A stretch of DNA of 58,013 nucleotides, counting the filler, from Sphacelaria rigidula (Eukaryota): assembly GCA_964200075.2 (NCBI GenBank). It is 8 parts of 8 records of this genome, joined end to end, with 100 filler letters (N's around TTAATTAATTAA, not from the genome) between each part and the next. Parts side by side here need not be neighbours in the genome. Positions count along the whole stretch, not along the records: positions 43,588 to 50,750 come from CAXNAA020016181.1; positions 50,851 to 58,013 come from CAXNAA020016182.1; 6 more parts are not named here. One strand, 5' to 3'. Each line of letters starts with the position of its first letter. Position 1 is the stretch's first letter. The notes beneath the pieces are model-generated. The model was not told where the DNA came from and ran no database searches. It worked only from the letters and a program-made list of their open reading frames with translations. Shown here one piece after another: positions 49,589-58,013 of this stretch. The position numbers were made by a program, and so were the translations under genes.

Positions 49589-50558
49589 GGCGATTTTCGT
49601 TGCTGTTCTTCGTCGTCGCCGTGGATAATCCTTCTTCACCCTCGCCGGTACCTCATGTCCTCCGTGAAACGCTCCGGATGGGTGCTCTAGCTCCAGGATA
49701 CAGAAAAATCCTGTCATGCCCAAAACACGTACTACAGTAGTAACTATGCCCCGTACAGTCAGCAATTCGGCCGCTGTTTCAGGCGCTTTCGGTTCACCTA
49801 TCGAATGCTGTCGTCGATGATGATGATAACCCTCCTGGCTTGACCCTCAGCTTGAACAATCGATGCAGAGGATTCAAAAAGGGAGACGATAAGTTTTGCC
49901 CGCTCCCGATCGCCTCCCACCTTACCAAAGAACAGAGGTACCGCTTGCCTCAAGTTCATCGACTGTTCAGTAGCAAGGTATAAATTTTGCGTACTGACCA
50001 CGTACGACAACTGCCCCTGACCCTTTTTGCTCGGTTTGAACAGACTACTGTAGGCCCACCGAAGCCTTTGCTTCTCGATGTTCAATGAAGCAGGTGCTTT
50101 GAAAATGAGAGGAGATGGTACTAACCGTCAGGGGAGATATTTGCAGACTGTATTCCAGACTCCCTTCACTGGTCTTTTCCTGCTACGACGAGTACTTGCT
50201 GTCTGTGTTGTTAACTGACGTGCTTTATTCTTGAGTCAACTCCGCCGCGTTTTGACGAGTATTCATTGGCTGAATTATGCCGCCGAATGGCCAACGGTGA
50301 TGGCGTGCCTGGTGCCTGGAGTGCGTGCCTCTTAGTGTTGCATATCGAACCAATAATCCGATTCGGTACGATACGGTCTCGAAGCCGTCGGTATCGATTT
50401 CGATTTCGATCAAATATGGTGGCCGCTGCGAGCCTGGGGAGTACATGATAAGCGATCGAGCGAATGCGAAGGAGCTCGCTGAGCGAGAGGGGCGCCCTGG
50501 ATGAGACAGAAAAAATGCAGCCACACACGTGGACAAATAGCACCCTGTGGGGCACGTC

Positions 50559-50730
50559 TACAGGGTTCAGGGAAACTGTGCAGCGTTGCTCGCGGGGATC
50601 TTGCTGCAGTTTTTTTTTTGCGCCGCACAGGACGCTTCACAGGGTTCAGTGAAACTGTGCAGCAGGTTCTCGCGGGGTTTTGATTGTAGGGTATTATTTT
50701 GTACCACACAGGGCGCATTTCAGGGTTTCG
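50559..50730 (+). repeat. ~80-bp tandem repeat
   Basis: ACAGGGTTCAG.GAAACTGTGCAGC....CTCGCGGGG twice plus a partial third unit. Confidence 0.75.
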
Positions 50731-50850
50731 TCAGACCCACTTTTATGGCGNNNNNNNNNNNNNNNNNNNNNNNNNNNNNNNNNNNNNNNNNNNNTTAATT
50801 AATTAANNNNNNNNNNNNNNNNNNNNNNNNNNNNNNNNNNNNNNNNNNNN

Positions 50851-50947
<97 letters not shown>
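50851..50947. repeat. (AAC)n microsatellite at contig start
   Basis: About 32 perfect AAC units. Confidence 0.97.
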
Positions 50948-51049
50948 GGTTACGCAATATTGTTTCCTTCTTGTTGAACGCGATTTCTCTTCTTTGACTG
51001 CGGGTCTGGGTGAAAGGGTTATTGTGATGTGCGAGCAAAACAAACGTAC

Positions 51050-51228
51050 CTAGGCGGGAGACCCAGGCGGCTAAGGGAGTTGACCATCTGCACGACGAAA
51101 TGGCTTCTGCAGGGATAGAATAATGCTGGATGCCTGACGATAATATGCCACATGTGAATTAGTTGCGGCAGTGCGTGACCCTCTTCGTACATGATCTTCT
51201 TGGTCCATTTGATAGCCTTCATGAACTC
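51050..51228 (-). CDS. TRRAP: TRRAP/Tra1 internal exon (5th in window)
   Basis: EFMKAIKWTKKIMYEEGHALPQLIHMWHIIVRHPALFYPCRSHFVVQMVNSLSRLGLPP matches the conserved Tra1 W.KKI..EEGH...QL.HI...IVRH..LFY..R..F...M..SL.RLG motif; CAG| and |GT boundaries. Confidence 0.93.
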
Positions 51229-52183
51229 CTGCACGGCGGCACGCCAACAATAGGAGCAGGACGAACATACAACAATGATGATACTCGAAACGATGAAAAA
51301 ACACTTGAAAATACGAAGCAAATGACGAGCACGGAAATAACGATGATGGAATTATGAATGGTAAGAATAGCTCATCATAAGCATCATAACAATGCCGATG
51401 ATGGTGACAATCATCATAATCATGAGGACTAGAACCAATACTACTATCACTACTCATTGACGAGGTGAAGAAAATGAGAGGAAATTATGTCAATAGCGGA
51501 TTACTTTGAGCGGATTATTTTGTGAATAGTTCACGACAATCGCTCAAACCCACGAGAACCGGATGATGAACTACCAACAAAACTGAAGTATGAAAGACTA
51601 CGATGCATGTATTACATATGCATATGTATATTTCGATATACAATCACCAAAAAACAATCGTAACAATCAGAGCAAATAACACCAAGAAACAACCAGCAGG
51701 AAACAGTGTCCCCGACAGTTTCAATTTTTCAAAGGGACACCGAAAGTAAAAACGTATCTCTGTTGTTTCGGAGTCACCATTCGTACAGTCCTCGTTGCAG
51801 CTATGGACCACATAAGACCCTCGCCAACAGGTTGCGAAACGCTCATTCAAGCTGGCCCTAGCTTTTCTTCTCGTTGTGGCTGCAAAAACGAAGATGACCG
51901 AACCGTCTAGCCAAAGCTAAGTGGAAGTATACGCGGAGAAAAAAAAAAAAACTTTATTTCATGTATGTTTGTTTCCAAACTGTTTTGCCGTTCAACTCAA
52001 GAAACCTAATGTATTCAATTCAACAACAGATATTCAATAGCTTTAGCTGCAGTTACCGGCAAGTACAGAGTACCGCTACTGGATGATGTCATTTCCTAAA
52101 GGACGACACATTTCACCACAAACGGCCAATAACACAACGTTAAAACCGGCAATGTATAGTTCGTCACATACATCTTCCCTTTA

Positions 52184-52287
52184 TTAACCCTTAGACCGCG
52201 AGGTTAGTCTTCTGTTGAATTGGCATCAATTTCAAGTGAAAAAATATGCATGATCCAGAAAGACTAATCTCGCGGTCTAACGGTTAA
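52184..52287. mobile_element. 96-bp piggyBac-type MITE with perfect TTAA TSD, in a TRRAP intron
   Basis: TTAA|CCCTTAGACCGCGAGGTTAGTCTT...AAGACTAATCTCGCGGTCTAACGG|TTAA. Confidence 0.9.
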
Positions 52288-52331
52288 GAGCTACAAAAAC
52301 ACGAGGGCCAGAAAAGGCAGAGCAGCTGTAC

Positions 52332-52436
52332 CGTGGTGGTAAGGCGGAACGGCAAGGCAGGAACCAGGATGTCAAGAGCAGCATGCACGAGCTCCTTCAC
52401 TTCGGGCTGGATGCAGCGCAGCAGCTGCACGTACAC
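52332..52436 (-). CDS. TRRAP: TRRAP/Tra1 internal exon (4th)
   Basis: VYVQLLRCIQPEVKELVHAALDILVPALPFRLTTT; 105 nt, phase 0/0, CAG|...|GT. Confidence 0.92.
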
Positions 52437-52892
52437 CTGCTCCGCCGAAAACAAAACGGTGGCAAAAGCAATAAAAATAAAACGTAAAAAATAAGCAAGG
52501 GAGCAGACGAGCCGGCAGGCAGGCAAAGCCAGCGAGCCGCCAAATCAGCGAAGGCAGGCGAGTAAGCAATGCACACACATTAAATGAAGTATGTATATAT
52601 ATATATATCGTAAAAAAATGTGTTGAAAAAAATGTGAATTCAACAGGACATGACATGAGACGTCGAAAAGACTAAGCCACCAACCGAACGACAAGAAAAA
52701 AAAAACACGCAACGAAGAAGAGTGAAGGAAAACGCAAAACAAAAAAAATGAAAATGTAAACGGCTTCCCAATTACCGGCAGAATTGGCGCGGAATACACA
52801 CCAGCAACAAAAAACATCAATGCTAACGCTAACGATAACGCTATTAACGACTGAAAAACAAGTCATCGCAGTGTACGCATAGAGTGCCACAC

Positions 52893-52979
52893 CTGGAGGA
52901 TGATCTTCGGCGGAGTGTCGTAGGCACAGATAAACCGGCACACGTTCACGTAGGCCCAGTGCTTCCCGCTATCTTCCAC
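52893..52979 (-). CDS. TRRAP: TRRAP/Tra1 internal exon (3rd; too short for the ORF track)
   Basis: VEDSGKHWAYVNVCRFICAYDTPPKIILQ; 87 nt, phase 0/0, CAG|...|GT. Confidence 0.92.
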
Positions 52980-53736
52980 CTGCACCAAAAAAAGCACACA
53001 AACACACATGTATGGGTTATTCTCCATAAAAGAGAAGATCAGGCTGTGGGGAAAATACGGGGAATTAACCTACTGACGACGGACTAGATCCTCCTCCAGA
53101 TCGATCGACTATGCTGACTCAGGAGTGCATTACGCGGGATGCTTTGTCAGGTACAGATCGAATACCCTGCTCTTGCCGTGCGCAACAACGAAAAGATAAT
53201 ACGGTTCTGCCCGGCCAGTGCGGAAAATACACCAAAGTGAAAGACTCACGAAGTTTTCTTGAAGTAACCAACCGCACCCACTATTCGCCAGGGACGAATA
53301 CCCTGATCTTATCTCGGATGGCGTTGCTCCCCTCTGTACTTACGGAAGTCGATGAGCACATCCTTCACCACATCCCGCATACTTCCGTACATACGTCCGA
53401 TCGTTCATAATCGGCGTACGTTCAACCACACTTTGTCAGAACAACTATTGAATTCCGAACAGCATTTTTCTTTTAATTCCATGTTCCACGCACAAGATTT
53501 CAGATTCCATATTCCATATTTCATATTTCGGCTTCCAGATTCCAGATGCCAGATGCCAGATGCCAGAGTTTAAATATCGAATACTTCGTTTCAACCATTC
53601 CAGATACCACGGCGGGTATCTCATCTAATCTTTCACTTCGTATGTGTAGTATGCGTCATGCATTTCTTCTCCTGTTCTCCCAGCATAGAACATTGACTAT
53701 ACCCAACGAAAAAACCAATAATAACGAGTCCAATAC

Positions 53737-53991
53737 CTTGATGTTATTCCACGCGAACTTGATCAGATCCTTTCGATGGTCCAGCAGCTCCGTGTGCATG
53801 AACTCGATCAAGAGTGCTCCGAGCTTGAGCAGCTCGACGCGCAGCCCCTCAGGGTACCTAACCTCTCCCCCGAACCCTTCCTGAACCAGCTGGCTGACGA
53901 GCGCGGGGGCAACAACCTCGTCGTTTTTGGTGTGCGGATCCTCCAGCGTCGTCGTCAGCAAAGGTATCACCACGAGAGATAAACACTTCAC
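53737..53991 (-). CDS. TRRAP: TRRAP/Tra1 internal exon (2nd)
   Basis: VKCLSLVVIPLL...LRVELLKLGALLIEFMHTELLDHRKDLIKFAWNNIK contains the conserved HRK.LIKFAW motif; 255 nt, phase 0/0. Confidence 0.93.
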
Positions 53992-54429
53992 CTGATTCAA
54001 ACAATCGAACACACCATCACACCATACGTAAAACGCATGAGGGAAAAAAAATCATTCAAACAAACGTATCGCCATGAAAAGAAGAAAAAAAAAAAATCGA
54101 GCCGGTGATTTACCTGTTCCCACTATTAAACAATCGCGCGTTGAGTGAAATGGATGACCGTAGGAATTTGTTCATACGAAAGTGTGCACGGCTCGGACGA
54201 ATCAGAGTTCATACGGGTTGTTCCCCCAGGCGTATTAAATGCGAATCACGTACCAAGTAGTCATCCGGTATGCACCACGGACGGTAAAGTTGTACCTTCA
54301 AGGCCATACCGCACGAATCACGAACTGGGAGTGTGTACACTCCAAGTAAGTGTTATACAAAATCAAGAGGGCAAAATATGTACGAATCACAATTCCAGTA
54401 CGAATCATTGGTCAGAAGCATGTACACTT

Positions 54430-55020
54430 CATTGATCTTGTATGAATGGAAGGTGAAGGACTGTATGTATGATTCATCCTGCATAAACGGAAAGTGGGAA
54501 ACGTATACGCTTGATTCATGTCGTATGAATGGAAGGCGGAGAACATGTACACGTATGAATCATGCTGCATGAACGGAAATTGAGAAATATGCAACGGTCC
54601 GACGAAGTAATGATTCGTCTGGAAATTGATTGATTTTAGTGTGATTGATTCGTATGTCAATCGTTAGGATTTGTTTTCAGCGTTGCAACCTAAGTGCGCG
54701 CAGCCCAGGCACGTAGAATGGCTCCAAAATTGCGTGGGGACATTTTTGCCCAGCGGGCAACTTTTTTCTCTCTTTCATGCAATCAGGCCTAAGCCATCGT
54801 GGATTTGGTGATTCGAAGCGGCGATGATTCGTCCGAACCGTGGAAACATGTACCCTCGATTCACCTCGTATGAATGGAAGACGAAGAACATGTACGCATG
54901 ATTCATGATGCATGAACGGAAATTGGGAAACATGTACGCTTGATTCACCTCGTATGAATGGAATTTGAGGAACATGTGCCTACGATTGATGCTGTATGAA
55001 GGCAAGGTGGAAACCATACA
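54430..55020 (+). repeat. ~40-bp degenerate minisatellite array 1 (intronic)
   Basis: Units like TGATTCACCTCGTATGAATGGAAGGTGGAGAACATGTAC alternate with TGATTCATGCTGCATGAACGGAAATTGGGAAACATGTAC. Confidence 0.85.
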
Positions 55021-55747
55021 CATTAATCACGTGACTAATGGTGCATAAGTCAAAAGGGGAGTAATACAGTACATTATATACCTATGACCCATGCCGTATG
55101 TGTGAGTAGAACGTTACGTACTGCTGCTGTCTGTTGTCCGCTGTACAGATTGTACAACATTATGCTATGCTGTGCTTTACTGCACTGTCTGCTGACTGCA
55201 GTGGGCGCTGCCGGAGTGTTTCCGAAAACTCACGCGGAAATTCGCGGGGGCGACTCTTGCAGTGCTGGTGCCATCTAAAGCTGCCCTAGTACTGTTTTAT
55301 ATATTCAGGCCAACCATACCACAGAACAAAGCATGAAAAGCTGAAAAGCCGTCAATAGCTTAGCTCGGGAAAATCAACAGCTAGGAGGGAGAATCGATCT
55401 AGGCGTGCAGATGCGTGCTGTGCCATACTGTACCGTACTGTGTGCGGACTGCAGCGTACGCCGCTGAATTTTCCCCGACTAATTCCCGCGAGCATGCGGA
55501 GACGACTCATGCTTGTGCTGTGTTCTTCGCAAGTGTTCGTGGTATTGTATACGGTATGTTCAGGTCAGCTGTACCAAAAAACACAGGAAACCAAAAATGA
55601 TACCATAAAGACTGTCAATGGTGTAGCCCGGAGAAAAAAATGAGCTAGAAGACCCGCTCTGGGCACTCAGACGCGTGTCTTGTGCTATTGTTGATGTGTT
55701 ACGTGTACGCACAATATTTGAAATTGGGTTCATTGTGGATTTGGCCC

Positions 55748-55853
55748 TAAATCCTTAGACAGCGAGAGTAGGTCATCTATTGAATCGGCATCAAATTCAC
55801 GTGAAAAACGTATGCATGATGCAGATGAACCACCCTGGCGGTTCAAGGGTTGA
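55748..55853. mobile_element. piggyBac-type TTAA MITE, diverged copy
   Basis: TAAA-TCCTTAGACAGCGAG...TTGAATCGGCATCAAATTCACGTGAAAAACGTATGCATGAT...GCGGTTCAAGGG-TTGA. Confidence 0.75.
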
Positions 55854-55949
55854 GGGATATGCGACCTGTACGCTCCTATTTACATACCCCACCTGCAAAA
55901 AAGCCGCGCCACCGAAGAGTCGCGCCCCATGAAGTGACAGGTGAGAAGT

Positions 55950-56420
55950 ATCATGTTCTCATGGTTTATATCGTATGAACAGAAGGTGGGTAACACGGAA
56001 GTATAACTCATGCTGCCTGAATGGAAATTGGGAAACATGTACACTTGATACATCTCATATGAATGGACGGTGGCGAACATGTACGTATAATTGTGGAAGT
56101 GGGGAACGTGTACCTATAATTCATGCTGCATGAATGGGAATTGGGAAACATGTACACGCTTGATTCACCTCGTATGAATGGAAGGTGCAAAACATGTACT
56201 TATGATCCATGCTGTATGGGTGGGAGCGGGGAAACATATACCTGTGATTCATGGCAGACGAATGGAAGGTGGGGAAACGTGTGCCTATGATTCATGCTGC
56301 ACGAACGGAAATTGGAAAACATGAACCTGTGATTCGTACCATACGGATGAAAGGTAGGGAAACGTGTACCTACGATTCATACCACACAATTGGAAGGTAG
56401 GAAACGTGTACCTTCGACGG
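55950..56420 (+). repeat. ~40-bp degenerate minisatellite array 2 (intronic)
   Basis: Same unit and orientation as array 1, roughly 11-12 units. Confidence 0.85.
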
Positions 56421-57031
56421 TGTACAGCACAAATCACAAAGGGGGAATGTGTACACTCCAAGTATTGTCGGACGAATGACGAGCGCAATACGTGTCGTAT
56501 GACTTGATTTCGTCCATATGTTGAATATGAATCGAATCACAAATTGATTCGTCCGAACCGTGAAAGTGTGGCAAAAAAAATAATAATAAACAAGGGAAAC
56601 AATCGCGGCGAGGGCTTACCTGTCTCCAAAAACATCAATCGATCGCGCCGTAAATAAAAGGGATGTGCATAAAAGTAAATTCAAACACGAGCGTCGCACC
56701 AAAAACAAAAAGGCGGACGGGCGGATCCGAATTTTTTGCAAGAAAGAGCGTTTACCGGTACAATTTTATTTTCAAAAAGTGTGGAGAACAGCAACAAGAT
56801 ATTTCGACAACCTCACTGAGAATCCCAAAGTAAGGAACCGAACAACCAAGCCGCGAGCGATCCAGACAACTAACCCGCAAGACTTATCATCCATTTTAGC
56901 CGTCCATCTGGACAAAGAGCAAGAAGAGCAGTATACGTCAACACTTCGTACTGACGAAACCAAAGTCGGGCGGACGACTTCATCGGCCGACATAAATGTA
57001 TAGGACTCGTTCTATTCTGTCCCACACACGG

Positions 57032-57032
<1 letters not shown>

Positions 57033-57062
<30 letters not shown>
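57033..57062. repeat. (TG)n microsatellite
   Basis: Direct observation. Confidence 0.9.
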
Positions 57063-57064
<2 letters not shown>

Positions 57065-57302
57065 GGTGTAGATGCTTTGTGAACCCAAACACACGCACCG
57101 TATCACCGTGTGAAACACTACTCCATTGCCAGAGGGAAAGGATGACGGCGGGTATCTACTCTTCATTCTAGCTTAGGTTTTGAGCGTATGAGACACTGCC
57201 GGATTAAATCTTACTGCATGTTTGAAAACAGAACGAGGGCAAACTCCACGGGCGTTCCGGTTTTTTTTCTCGTGAAAACTCCTGAATCAAAGCCGTCCGT
57301 AC

Positions 57303-57413
57303 CTTGTGCTCCCCTGAGAGACCTGGGTCCCGGAGCGTGTCGAGGAACACGCGGAACAGTGCTCGTTTCTGCGCGACCCCAGCCAAAGCCGGTACTTCAT
57401 AACGGTAGAAATC
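57303..57413 (-). CDS. TRRAP: TRRAP/Tra1 internal exon (1st in window)
   Basis: DFYRYEVPALAGVAQKRALFRVFLDTLRDPGLSGEHK; 111 nt, CAG|GAT...AAG|GTAC, in phase with the next exon. Confidence 0.8.
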
Positions 57414-57953
57414 CTGATGCCCGTTCATGAATGGAGGACACAGCGTAAGATGACGGCACAGCACAGTGCGGCGCCGGTCATAAAGAGCAAAAAATGCACC
57501 GGGGAAGAAAGAAACATATCTTGTCAGAAATGGAAGGGAAGGGAGGGGAAGAGAAAATGGGAACTGTGTTTTATGTCCCAAAAACAAAAGTAAAAACCAG
57601 CGTATGAAGACAAATAATATGAATCATATAATACTACTCTCATTTCATTCCCCTGCTAGACTAGTTTGTGAATGGAGAAAAATAAAAAAAGAAGTTGGAT
57701 CAACGGCGGCACAAACAAGGCGGACGGTGCAACAGTCGGTAAGCCAACAGGAGCAACGCCATGTTTTGTCCAGAACAGAACAAAAAAAAATGAAAGATAA
57801 AAAAATCATAACAAAAATGACGAAAGTTTAAGAGCCAATTTACGGGGAGGAAAGAAAAAAATCACACAGCGATGCCAATCTTCCGTCGGGAGGCACATCG
57901 ATGAAACAGAACGCCACCGAAAACGGAATGCACCACGACAGGGGGAGGGAGGA

Positions 57954-58013
57954 GGGGTGTACTCATAATCACGCATGCCGTAGTCATCAGACCATTGACC
58001 TCGCATCCCTACA
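57954..58013 (+). repeat. ~110-bp interspersed element, cut by contig end
   Basis: G-rich run, then GGGGTGTACTCATAATCACGCATGCCGTAGTCATCAGACCATTGACCTCGCATCCCTACA. Confidence 0.9.

Noticed and set aside
49798..50085. 95-aa ORF just upstream of the hydrolase gene
   Set aside because: No homology recognised and non-ATG start; it could be an exon but is unsupported.
54430..56420. CRISPR-like periodicity in the TRRAP intron
   Set aside because: Units are contiguous and degenerate, with no unique spacers.
56950..57000. Penelope-type hammerhead (CTGACGAAACC...GGCCGACATA)
   Set aside because: Lacks the GAAA core and stems I and III.
57954..58013. Hammerhead, HDV, U1 or 5S similarity in the ~110-bp element
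   Set aside because: CTGATGA is present in only two copies, stem II does not pair, and resemblances to U1 and 5S are only a few nucleotides.

Overview
This is eukaryotic, intron-rich, repeat-rich DNA, most likely from a brown alga (inferred from short exons in long GT-AG introns, a bipartite plastid-targeting peptide, and the style of the copia/RTE elements). The window is not one locus. It is eight unrelated contigs of 7165, 7165, 7165, 7164, 7164, 7164, 7163 and 7163 bp, sorted by size and joined by 100-bp N44-TTAATTAATTAA-N44 linkers, so no neighbourhood can be inferred across linkers. Host genes: five in-frame exons of TRRAP/Tra1, exon 1 of a plastid-targeted alpha/beta hydrolase, and two orphan terminal exons. 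Large mobile elements: a Ty3/gypsy element with a long open PR-RT-RH frame, decayed Ty1/copia elements, an RTE-type LINE fragment, and an intron-containing Sola2-type DDD transposase pseudogene. Small mobile elements are the most interesting part: a ~110-bp interspersed element usually flanked by G-runs (10 copies), a 96-bp TTAA/piggyBac-type MITE (4 copies), and a 209-bp TGT...ACA MITE with a 4-bp target duplication (TSD) and telomere-like internal repeats. I found no CRISPR array, operon or intact novel multi-gene system.
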